Positions 11,395-23,100 of a DNA stretch of 64,000 nucleotides are shown here, one piece after another. Positions within the stretch are counted from its first letter, which is position 1; each line of letters opens with the position of its first letter. Source of the DNA: Azolla caroliniana. Its lineage: Eukaryota; Plantae; Polypodiophyta. Both the position numbers and the translations under genes were made by a program. The notes beneath the pieces are model-generated. The model worked only from the letters and a program-made list of their open reading frames with translations. It did not search any database and was not told the origin of the DNA. Where the stretch lies: assembly GCA_043228905.1 (NCBI GenBank), contig JBHGNT010000014.1:10664001-10728000 (forward strand), read 5' to 3'.

Positions 11395-13732
11395 AGAGAG
11401 CTGCCAAGGCGTGGGGCCGAGACAGCCCGGACACTCGGAAAAGACCCCACGACTGTACGATAGGTAGGAAAATTTGCTTCTCCAACCACGAAGGGTGTAT
11501 GATAGTCGGCATCGTTGGGCGAGAAAAGACAAGGGCGGAAGTGCGACTTCGAGCGTGCGGAATTCTCGGCCCGGACGAGGAAATCAGCGGAGCCGTGGAG
11601 GCGGTCTCCTTCGACGACACCTTGGGGATGCTGAGGAAGGTTGCCGGAGAAGACCTTAACGAAGACCGGACGATACCGGTATGTTCCGAAGAGATGTACG
11701 AAGTCATCGCGAACTTCAGTTGGGGGCTCGGGTCGGATCGGACGGCCTGAGTTAGCACAAAGTACAAGACTGTGGACCGGAAGGTAAGGCCAGTCGCGGC
11801 ACCCTTACCGGAGGGCAGCGAGTCCCGGATCAGAGGGGTTGCGTCGGACCCCAGTTTACGATATCCGGCCTGCATAGGACACACCTTCACCGACGGGACG
11901 CTCCGGGAGCTCAAAATCGGTGGGGGCGGGTTCCTACTGCCGGCGGAGGAAGACCGGTTTCGGAGGATGCTCGGAAGGCACGGGAAAGCCTTCGCATTCT
12001 CACCGGAAGAGATCGGGTGCGTAGACCCGACGATTGTGGAGCCGATGGTGATATTCACGGTACCGCATGTGTCGTGGAATCTCAAGCCGATTCCGGTACC
12101 GAGAGCTCACATCCCGAAGTTGATGGAGCTATTGAGGCAGAAAGTAGATATGGGCATTCTTGAACCGTCGAGTGCCCCATACTCGAACCGATGGTTTACC
12201 GTACCGAAGAAAAATGGAACATTGCGCTTCATTCAAGACCTGCAGCCGGTCAACAGAGTGACCATTCGGAACGCAGGAATCGGACCGACCATAGACGAGT
12301 TCGCGGAGGCCTTCGCCGGAAGGTCGATTTACTCGGTCAGTGATCTGTACTCGGGGTACGACCAGTTCCAGCTAGCTGTGGAGAGCAGAGAAATTACGAC
12401 GATGCGAACTCCCCTCGGCCTAGTGCGAATGTGTACCCTGCCACAAGGAGGGACTAACTCGATGGCCCACATGGTGAATGCAATGAACAAGGTACTGAGG
12501 GATTGCATCCCGGACATCACCATGCCATTTCTAGACGACATCTCGATTAAGGGGTGCCCAGTGGAAGAGAAGGACGAGACAGTCGGGCCGGACGGATGCC
12601 GGCGATTCGTGGCAACACACATCGACGACTGCGAGAAGGTGCTACAAAGGCTAGAGGATGTGAGGCTCACCTTCTCCGGGGAGAAATCGGCCTTCGGGCA
12701 ATCGGAAATCCTGGTGGTCGGACACCTATGTGGACCCTATGGCCGGAAGCCGTCTCCGGCAAAGGTAGAAGCCATCTCCGCGATGAAGACCGACTGTAGC
12801 TCGGTTACACAAGTTCGGAGGTTCCTGGGGGCATGCGCGTTCTACCACATATGGATCCTGCATTACGCCCACGTTGCGGAGCCGCTATACGGGTTGCTGA
12901 AGAAAGGGCGAAAATTCGAGTGGCGAGACGAGCACACGGAGTCGGTCCGGAAGCTGAAGGAAGCTCTTGCGGCAGCACCGGCGCTCCGGAAGGCTGTCTA
13001 CGAGAAGGGTACCCCGGTATACATAACGGTGGATACGAGTCCGACCGGGATCGGATGGGTCGTCAACCAAGAAGACGGGGACGGCATTCGGTTCCCGATC
13101 CGATTCGGCGCGAAGGTCCTCAGTGAACGACAGCGAGGGTACGCCCAGGTTAAACGCGAACTCTGGGGTATCGTTTCGGCAGTAAAGGCCGACAAAGACT
13201 ACCTGATCGGGACAGAAGTGGTTATCGAGACGGATTGCCTGCCGATTCTCGGCATGGTTTTCGGATGCGCGACACCGGACCTGGCGATGCTCAAGTGGAT
13301 AGCGTACATCAAGTCCCTGGACCCGGAAATACGACACATTTCCGGAAAAGACAACGCCATGGCCGACATGCTTTCGAGGGCGAGGTTTGATGACGAGGGT
13401 GGCATGGTTTCGGAGAACGAAGAAGTCGGCGTGGACTTCTTCGAGGCGGCGTACGTGACGACCGACGGGGCGAGCACTCCGGCACTTAACGGCTTCGACG
13501 AGAGCAAGTACGACGGCGAGTGGCTCCAGATCGGTGGGTTTTTGAGGACAATGACGCCGGATGCGTCATGGACGAGGGACGAGGCAAACCGGATCCTGAA
13601 GAAAGCATACCGATTCTTTCTCCGGGACGGATACTTATGGAAGCACCCGAAGAAGAGGAACGGCGTCCTGCTCCGGGTGGTGGTGATGAAGGAAGAACAG
13701 GAGGAGCTGCTCACGGCCTACCACGACAGCCC
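11385..13732 (+). pseudogene. Gypsy D RT-RNase H ORF in the -1 frame, truncated before integrase
   Basis: KYKTVDRKVRPV, RFIQDLQPVN, DLYSGYDQ, PFLDD, VDTSPTGIG, ELWG, ETDC, NAMADMLSR; stop at 11748-11750; homology ends at ..YHDSP. Confidence 0.9.
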
Positions 13733-13766
13733 TAACACAATCACATACCAGCAAAACAATAGTTAC

Positions 13767-15072
13767 CTGAATCTTATTTCTAATTGTTGTAACAGCGGAA
13801 GTAACTTTGCTCTCCATTGCAGAAGCCATTGTGGCTTTCTCTAACTCAGTCTTAAAAAATGCCAATGTCTCACAGGCTTCATGGACATTTTTTAGCATAT
13901 AGCTAACCAATGTCTCACCTGTATCATCGACATTGGCTTTCCTTGGGTGTCGGTGTGGTGTATGCCCCCGGTCTCGCTGGGAGTCAGCAGTTGCATCAAC
14001 AGCTGCCATGCTCCAAAATCTGTCTATTTTTTGTGCCAAGGTCCCCATCTTTCGGCATCTTTTTACCGATGCCTCACCATAGACTGCCCAAGCTACCCTA
14101 TACATTTCAAGGTCTCTGGATTCCTTCGTTGTTTTGCAGTACTCATATGCAAATGCTCTAGCAAATGAAACTGACAACTCATTGTTGACTGGGATCTCCT
14201 GATGAACTTTCTGGTGCAGTTTCATGCAGTCATCGTACAAGTCGGCTCGTACATGCTTCAGCTTGACCTTGCCTTTGACTCTAGGCACTGTATATACTGT
14301 CATCCAGTCTACATCACTGATCAATTTATCACTTAGGACAGCAGGGTCAACACCCTCGAGTGACAGACCATAGGTGTTGTGGAAGTCCTCTTTTGTCTCG
14401 CAAAATTTTGCGAAGTTTGGCACTCTCGTATACGGAGGAACGAGCCATCTGAAATATCATTTCAGAAATCAGAAATAGTGCAAAATCAGAATATGTGAGA
14501 ATCAGAAACCCCAATCAACAACAACAAAAATGGTGCAAAATCTTTAACTTAGCAAATCAGAAACCCTAATCATAATTTGTATTCAGAAATTTGAAGAAAC
14601 CCTAATCAAAATCTGTAATCAGAAGTTTGAAATCAGAAACCCTAATCAAAATCTATAATCAGAAGTTTGTAACCAGAAACCTTATTCAGAAATTTATAAT
14701 CAAAAACCCTAATCAGAAATTTCAATCAGAAACCCTAATCAGAAATTTCAATCACAAACCCTAATCAGAAATCCTAAACAGAAATTTATAAACAAAAACC
14801 CTATTCAGAAATTCTAATCAGAAATTCTAATCTGTAATCAAAATTTGTAACCAGAAACCCTATTTAGAAATTCTAATCAGAAATTTATAATCAAAAACCC
14901 TAATCAGAAATTTCAATCACAAACCCTAATCAGAAATTCTAATCAGAAATTTATAAACAAAAACCCTAATCAGAAATTTCAATCAGAAACCCCAATCATC
15001 ACTAAAGACAAGATTAAACACAAAAAAAGTAATATAAACACACCTGTTGCTACTCCCCGATTTGCGAGACAT
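13767..15072 (-). CDS. Spliced gene fragment of unknown function (exons 15072-15044 and 14448-13767), 3'-truncated
   Basis: ATG TCT CGC..AAC AG|gt ... ag|A TGG joins in phase to give MSRKSGSSNRWLVPPYTRVPNFAKF..NKIQ|gt; exon 2 is 682 bp and stop-free. Confidence 0.6.
14462..14997 (+). repeat. Degenerate telomere-like/telo-box array (AAACCCTAATCAG) filling an intron
   Basis: More than 10 copies of (AG)AAACCCTAATC interspersed with AGAAATTT..AATC. Confidence 0.85.
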
Positions 15073-15528
15073 CCTTGTATGGGACTCCAAGGACTTCGCC
15101 CTATTCGATTTTGGGGAAATATGAATCGGCACCAAAGTTCAGACAGTAGTCAAAAAGAAAAAACAAATGTTTGGGGTTTCTGTAACTGAAACATACCTGG
15201 ACGATGATCAAGCGGGTTCTGTGTTGTAGCTCTCAATCTGCAATGTTGATTTTCTGCTATTGCGGGAGCTACATCTACGTTCGTGCTCTGAGTACTCCAT
15301 TTGCGTTCAAAATCAGACTTAGGCTAAACAGGAAATTGATGACATTGAAGTCGACCTTAGATGATGGTGCTATTCCCCAAGTTCCACTACGTCTGAAACA
15401 GAAGTTCAAATATTTGAGTTTTTTCATAAATTAGTTTTTCAAATATTTGATTTTCCCACAAAAGAGACTAGCTAAACAAATAGCTAATTAGCTATGGCCA
15501 TTTTAGTAGCTAATTAGCTATAATAGTG

Positions 15529-16069
15529 TTTCCACTCGCATGCTTTTACCCTTAAGTGCATACATAGGGGTGGAAGCAAGGCTTGAACCTTGCACCTCCA
15601 AGATAAAAAACAAATTAACTTACCACTAAAGCCACTACTGAGTGCTTTAGAATTTGTATTTTTTTTTTTCATATTCAGTATTTTGTCGGAAGCAAACATA
15701 TAGAAATTGTGGGCACAAAACCATGGTTTCAGCTCTTGGTTTTAGCCCGTGGTTTTAGCCCATGGTTTTAGCCCGTGGGTTTAGGCCATGGTTTTTGCAT
15801 GGAGAGACCTATAAAAGCCTATAGTGGGGCTTGTGTAAGGAGGCAAGTAATGTAAGTAAACAAAGAAACTTTTAATCAAAGATCGGAGTTATTCTAATGG
15901 TGATGTATCTTATCTCGTAAAACTAAAGTCAAGCGTTCAATCTCTCTCTTCATCCATCTATCTATCTTCAATACTTTCTCGCTTACGCTGCTACAAACGT
16001 TTAATCCTTCCGGTCCAGGACCCCGGTGGTTCCGCTTCATTTCACGAACACGCGAGGATTTCCTCGACA
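15529..16069 (+). repeat. 5'-truncated LTR of the Trp-primed gypsy (C1-like) family
   Basis: Homologous to the C1 LTRs (tRNA-like block, CCATGGTTTT repeats, CTATAAAA); ends ..GGATTTCCTCGACA and joins copia A integrase directly. Confidence 0.8.
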
Positions 16070-16718
16070 CCGTCATCAGCACCTTAGCCCAAAACATCTT
16101 GGATAGATTTGCATGTGCAAGCATGCTCCGGAATCTCTCTATGATGGTTTGGTTCATTCTCTCGGCTAGCCCACTCAGCTTTGGCGTCTTTGGCACAATA
16201 AATTCGAGTCGGATTCCCTTCAACCAGCAATACTCCTCGAACTTCCTATTATCCATTATCCGCTCGAACAACTTTCGGTTTCTGTTTGGTCTCTCTCTCG
16301 TCTCTCCCTTGGAGCTCCTTGAAGGCCGACAACACCTAATCCTTAGTCTTCAACACAGGAGCCCACAGCTCCCGACTATGGTCATCTATGAAGGTCAGGA
16401 AATACTGCGAACTAGCATGAGACTTTGTATCTACGTAACATACATTTGTATGCACAGGTTCGAGCGACATCTTCTTCCACATCGGGGGCCTGGATCAGAA
16501 CTAGGCTTTGTTTTGCTTGCCGCCCAAGCAATTGGTGCACTTATCAAGTTGCACATTCTTCACCTCCGGAATAGGGTTATCATTGGCAAACTTCCGCATC
16601 CCCTTCTCACTCATGTGGCATAGCCTCTTGTGCCACAGCTCACCGGTTGTGTCTGCAACCACGTTTACTTCGTCCCGGCATAGCCAAGCATGCTTAAGAT
16701 ATAGTGTGTTGGTCTTCC
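16070..16718 (-). pseudogene. Copia A integrase fragment
   Basis: ELWHKRLCHMSEKG..CTNCLGGKQ; PKTPKLSGLAERMNQTI..FWAKVLMT. Confidence 0.88.
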
Positions 16719-19700
16719 GTGTGGTTCCACGCACATTACACAAATACTTATAAAAATAAAAATAAATCAATAATAAATAATCATAGGACCTAATCGCATT
16801 GAATGTGTATAGAGAGGTGCAAGTAAGATTTGAACCTTACACCTCCAAGATAGGAGGAAATTAACTTACCATTAAAGCTACTACCAAGTGCTCTAAATTT
16901 TGTATATCTCCCTATTATATTCAGTATTCGATAGGAAACAAATGTACAAACCCATGTGCACAAAACCATGGTTTTTAAGCCTATGGTTTTGTGCATGTCA
17001 CAAGCAAAGCCATGTGCACGCAAACCATGGTTCCAAGCCCATGGTTTTGCACATGAAGAGAGCTATAAAAACCCTTGTAGGGTTTGTGTAAAAGGGGGGT
17101 CAATTTGGAGAGCATCATCATCATCATCATCAATAATATAAGCTTCTATTCTTCTTCTTTACATCTATCTTCTTCTTATTTATCTACTTCTTAAATGTAC
17201 AATCTTCGATCTTCTCAAGTGTAATAGTGTTTCCTCGACTCTTAAAATTGACATCGTCCTCTTTACAATAACTTGGCGAATGTCCTCCCTGGTCCAAGAC
17301 CCCGGCGGTTCTGCTCAAGTAGCACACACTCACACGAATCTTCACGACATCATTTGGTGAACCCGATGTGAAGAGTGGCAGGGGAGGATGAAGAGGGATG
17401 AGGAATATCTCATGAAGGCAATGTCAAAGATGATGATGGAATTTTCGAGAGAAGGGAAAAGACGAGATGCGGCCCAACAAGTCGTCAAAAGTGTGGTTGA
17501 GCGAGTCGGTTGTTTCAACGGGGGCAAAGTCCAAATTTTTCTAAAGGCGTATAATGCTGAAATGGATTCGAGAGGTGTAACGAAGCAATGAGGCTGGATT
17601 ACTTTTGTGGAGTGGTGGCCGAACCAATCTACGAAGAGATGAAAGAGCTTCAAAAAGCTCACGATTTGTGGGTGTCCTTCGAAGAAGCTTTACGAGAGGC
17701 ATATGGTTATGAAGAGACGAAGGGATGAGGTCTATATGAGTTCGACCAATGGGTGTCATCGAGGAAGACCCACCAGAGTGCTATGCATGCATTCGTTGAG
17801 TTTGAGTGTTGCTTCGCTCAACTCTCAGAGCAGGATCAAGGATTGGTGGGGGCAAATAAAGTCTTAATGTTCGTAAAGTCGATTGATCGGAAGGAAAGGA
17901 AGGCCATTGGAGTCCAACTCGAGGATGAAGATGGTGTGAATGGCCTCACTGAAAATTGGGCCGAAGTGAAAGGGTATGCCAACGACATGACAAGAGGAAG
18001 ACAGGAATCTTGTCGACAATGGTATGGCCCATGAAAAATGACATCAAGGAGGTGGCTATGGACAACATGGCAAAGGTGATCGACCAAAGGTGTATGGAAT
18101 CCTCCACACTTGTTCTAGAGACTTGGGCAATTGCATCCAAAAGTCAACTTGAGACCCAAGAGATGGAAGGTGGCAGCGAGGAAGAGAAGGTCAGAGCTGA
18201 TGCACATGATGGGAACATAGCCATGGACAACAACATCGAGTTGGAGGTCGCTATGGATGATTCGATGGAAGATGGTCGTGTCGAGACTTTCTCCACACTT
18301 GTTCCAGAGACTTGGGCAGTTGCGTCCGAAAGCCAACGTGAGACCCAAGAGACAGAAGGTGGCGGCGAGGAAGCGAAGGTCAAAGCTGATACATGCAACG
18401 AAGAGGGAATCATAATCGAGGCTTTCTCGATTAATAGGGTCAATGGGTATGAGGCCCATGAGTCTGAAGAGATAGTCATGGAGAATGACGTCGAGGTGAA
18501 GAGGGTTGATGGCGACCATGAAGAAACTTTCACCATAATGGTTCTAGAGACTTGGGCACTAACCAATGTAAAACCCAAGAGATGGAAGGTGGCAGTGAGG
18601 AAGCAAAGGTTAAAGCTGATACAAACAACCTTAAGGTGGAAGTGGCTAAGGGTAGCATGACAAAGATGGACAACGAACACGTACAGATCCCTCCATAGTC
18701 ATTCCAGAGACTTGGGCATTAACCGATGTAAGACCCAAGAGAAGGACGGTGACAGAGAGGAAGCAAGGTTTAAAGCTGATGCATGTGACAAAGACCTCAA
18801 GCAAAGCACAACGACAAAAGTTGATGCGTGCAACAAAGAGCCCGAGGGAAGCTCAACAAGGGATGATGAGCACCAAGTGGGCCAACTAGATCCGAAGGAT
18901 GTGATCGCAACATTTAAGAAGGAGGACACTACCATGGAAATCATGGTCAACTCTACCGCAAGAGTATACCGCGAAAGTGGGAAAAGTGGGAAGCATGAAA
19001 TATCGTCACTTAAGGACCTAGTGGTGAGCATGCAATTGAAGAATGGACCACTAAGCATAGTCAACATCAGTATTCTAATAAGGCCTTGGGAAGGCATGTA
19101 TGGAACAAGAAAAGACGATAAAGGAAAGTTAGGTGATCAAGGAGATGGCCGAGATGAAGGTGGCACATGCACGAGGCATGAAGCGTTATGCTCAGGAGGA
19201 GCAAAGGGAGCCATGAAAACCAGACATGGCAATTGAAAGGGTAAGCGAATGATATGGTGGATCGGATGGCAACGACGGTTTGGGTAGAAACAAGAGACAT
19301 CTTCGAAGTAGAGGACAAAAAGACGGTACGGGAAAGGTGCAAGAAAGGAGGAAATGAAAGACCAACCACCTTTGACCCCGCCACATCACTCTTTTCTTCT
19401 TGGCACATACCAAAGGATGTGCGGTTTGGTGGGGGTGGATGTCATGATGTTGCACGTCCAGTGGGAGAAAAAGTGAAAAAGTGTGATTCCACGCACATTA
19501 CACAAATACTTGTAAAAATGAAAACAAAACAATAATAAATAATCCTAGGGACTAATGGCATTGAATGCGTATAGAGAGGTTCAAGTAGGATTTGAACCTT
19601 ACATCTACAAGATAAGAGGAAATTAACTTACCATTAGACCTGCTACCAAGTGCTCTAAATTTTATTAGAGATATTTCCTTGTCATATTCAGTATTCCATA

Positions 19701-20105
19701 TGAAACAAATGTACAAACCCGTGTGCACAAAACCATGGTTTTTAAGCCTATGGTTTTGTGCATGTCACAAGCAAAACTGTGTGCCAATCCCATGGTTTTG
19801 CACATGAAGAGAGCTATAAAAACCCTAGTAGGGCTTCTGTAAAGGGGGGTCAATTTGGAGATCATCATCATCATCATCATCATCATCAATAATATAAGCT
19901 TCTATTCTTCTTCTTCGCATCTATCTTCTTCTTATTTATCTACTTCTTAAATGTACAATCTTTGATCTTCTCAAGTGTAATAGTGTTTCCTCGACTCTTA
20001 AAACTGACATCATTCTCTTTACAATAACTTGATGAACGTCCTCCTTGGTCCAAGACCCCGATGGTCCTGCTCAAGTAGCACAAGCGCATGCAAATCTTTG
20101 CGACA
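16719..20105 (+). mobile_element. C1: non-autonomous Gag-only LTR element with tRNA-Trp PBS
   Basis: LTRs at about 16723-17349 (first 45 bp or so missing) and 19440-20105; PBS TGGTGAACCCGATGTGA at 17355; PPT GGTGGGGGTGGA; degenerate gag from 17388 homologous to the gypsy D Gag N-terminus; no pol. Confidence 0.85.
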
Positions 20106-20109
20106 GCGT

Positions 20110-23100
20110 TGTCGTGAAGATTTTCGTCCATAGGCGGAAACCAGGGTGGGAAGGCCAAGTCGGTGGTGTGCTACATGTGCACATGTAAACTAAGATATGG
20201 TGTATAGAAAGAGAGGGGAAATTTGATCCCACATTGTAAGGTCCCTCCCTCCTTGGGCTATAAAAGGAAGGGAGGGGTCACTTATGAAGGGTTGCCTATT
20301 TTGTGTGAGTAAGGTATACTACTTAGTCTAGGGTTCTCCTTCTTCCCATTTTCGTTTTAGGGTTAGGGTTCGGGTTAGGGTTTTCTTCTTGGGTTTTCCT
20401 TTAGGGTTTTCATATAGTCATTTTGGTGCGGCCATGGCGGCCACCATTGTTGTAATCATTCATTTCTTAATAGAACTTCTTGTTGAGTATCTTCATTGCA
20501 TCTTCTTCTTCTTCTATCATAATGTCATATTCGTTCTCTTCTTCTCTTGAGTTAATCTTTCTCCTCCACTCCCTAGTCCAAGACCCCCGTGGTCCCGCCC
20601 TTCTACATGCAAGCGCATAACAACGTGACAGCGTTGGTGAACCCGACGTGAAGGGCGGCAAGGGAGCATGGAGATGGAAGAAGACTTCAACTTCGAGGAG
20701 ATGATGGCAAAGATCGTGATGGAAGCCAGACGGAAGATGGCGAAGCGGGATGCGGCTCAACAAGCCGTCGAAAGGGTGGTTGATCGAGTCGGCTGGTTCA
20801 ATGGGAATGAGGTCCTAAAAATTTTGGGAGCCTACAAGGTCGAGATGGCGAAAGGGGGCGTAGGCGAGGCGATGTGGCTAGAGTATTTTCCTTGAGTGGC
20901 GGCCGTATCGGTGCACAAGGAGGTCAAGGAGCTACGAGAAGCTCATGAGTCGTGGGTGTCCTTTGAGGGAGCCCTATTGGAGGCGTACGGGTACACGGAA
21001 CCGGAAGGAAGAGGTCGACATGAGTTCAATCGGTGGGTGTGTCGGCAACATGATGCGAGGCGGTCGGCCACAACACGGCCCGCGAGCGGCGGAGAAGAGA
21101 GAACAGTGAGTGAGTACGCACTACCACCGGAAGAGAGCTCAACGCAAAACGGTTCGGAGGAGCTCGACCTAGAGGTGCTAATACGGGAGGCATGCGAGCT
21201 TGTGAAGGCGAAAATCGGAGCCGAAGAAGGGCTTGTTATGGAGTCGGGCCGGAGGCGATCGGAGGATGCGGACGAAGAAGCCTCCCTAGACGTAGAAGAC
21301 GGCGCCTATACGGAGGCCGAAAGAGCATAGGATGGCAACATGGGAGAGGGTGTGGAGCAAGCGACCCTCTTGCCTTGCGGTGAAGGGACGGCCATGGAGG
21401 CCGGTAACTACGGATTCGGAACATGGCGGCCCGAAACATCGAGTGGGGAGGAGACAACGAGCGGCAGTGTCGGGTCCTTACCCACACCGGTCCTAGAGGC
21501 TTTGGCAGCTAGCCCGAGTGCCGGCGTGAGACCTAGAGCGACGGGCGGTGGCGGCGGCAAGGCGAGCAACCGAGACGACGACATGGAAGAGACGGCGGCA
21601 AGCGTAATCGAGGCTTACACGATCGGATGCCGCAGAAAATGACGTCCGGACGGAGGCGGCTACGGACACAACGAGCGGCGGTGCCGCGACCTTACACACA
21701 CCGGCCCTAGAGGTTCCGGTGGTCGGCCCGAGTGCCGGCATGAGACCTAGAGCGACGGGCGGTGGTGGCGGCAAGGCGGGCTACCACGGCGACGGGGAGA
21801 ACGAGAAAGAGATAGCCACGAACCACGGCATCCGAACGAAGGTGGCTACGAACATGGCATCGGTGAGTAACGGTACCGGGACTTTTCCCACACCTATTCT
21901 AGAGACTTCGGCGATCGGCCCCGAGAGCCCACGTGAGACCGGAGAGACGGAAGGTGGCAGCGGCAAAGCGGACGATCGAAACGACGACGAGGAAGGTCAT
22001 AGTGGACGGAGGCAAGACCTCTCAACACCGAGACCGGAGACTACGGCGGTTGCGCTCGAATGCCAAAATAAGACCGGAGAGAAGGGCGGTGGCCGTGAGG
22101 AGGCATGGCCCGGAGCGAACACGTGCGAAGATGAGGATGCGAGGCCCGGAACGGGCATACACAAGAGGACCGACGGAGAGGTCGGGAGTGACAAGGAGGA
22201 GAGAGTCGGGAACCGACCCGACTGGAAAATGAACCGGTCGATAATGATTTCACGACTGGAAGACAAGGCGGAAGAAGATTGGAGCAGGGTCCGGTCAACC
22301 GGGCCCAAACCGAAGAAGAGTCGGCAAGGCCGGATTTGTGCGGACAAACATGTACCGGCCGGTTACGATTACGAAAGGGAACCGACCAAACCGGAACTCA
22401 ATCGGCCGAGACCGATCCGGGCGAAGGCTAAGTCGGCATGATTGGAGGTCGAGGCGAACGGGCCACAACACCCGGTGGGAGCCGGTGAGCACGAGAAGGA
22501 GGCCAAGCATGCACAAGGAGTACGACTCGGTGGGAGGCCAAGTAGTGAGAGGGACCCTCCTCACCTATTCTTGAGACTTTGGCGGTTGCGGATCGACGTA
22601 AGACCAAAGAGACGACGAAAGGCGGCGAGGAGTCGGAGACTGGAACAAACGAGGCTACCAGAACGGGTACCTGGTGCGTGAAGGCGGACGAGTGCGGCCA
22701 AGACGGCAAGCCGGAGTTGAAAGGGGCTATGGCAACGAAATACGAAGAGGCCGACGCGGAGGTCGGGACTACAACAAGGGAAGCGTGTAACACGAAGCAT
22801 GCATTACGGCGTAGAACGGAGCATGCACTACGGCCGGCGGAGGGCCAAGAAGCAAGCATGCACCCGGAAGACCCGCAACGAGTGACCGACGATGACGGTC
22901 GGAGGAAGCCTTCGAGAGGCAAGTGCGGGAAGACGGGCGGTGCGACGAGACGCCAAGATCGACAGAACGAGACGGGCGTGATCGGCGTGAACGAAGGATT
23001 GTGTCTGGGAAAACGGAGGGGATGCGCAGAGAACAACGGGGTACACACCGGGAAGAGAAAACGTGGCGGCTTCCCGGAGGGCATACAAGGCCAAGCGGGC

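Larger units (their letters stand above)
1964..13732 (+). mobile_element. Gypsy D: Ty3/gypsy LTR retrotransposon with tRNA-Trp PBS, 3'-truncated before integrase
   Basis: LTR starts TGTCATGATG at 1964, is split by copia E, and ends ..CTCGACA at 9226; PBS TGGTGAACCCAACGTGA at 9231-9247; gag-PR then RT-RH domain order. Confidence 0.85.
13733..15528 (-). mobile_element. Putative CACTA (En/Spm) DNA transposon fragment, one terminus only
   Basis: Minus strand begins CACTATTATAGC at 15528, followed by subterminal TAGCTAATTAGCTA repeats (15468-15520); it abuts a cut LTR; other end lost; no transposase seen. Confidence 0.5.

Noticed and set aside
14462-14997. Telomere or chromosome-fusion scar
   Set aside because: The repeats are degenerate, interspersed and confined to a GT-AG intron, not a perfect TTTAGGG tract
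15569-15639. Functional tRNA gene
   Set aside because: No anticodon arm or proper acceptor stem; reported only as a tRNA-like module within an LTR
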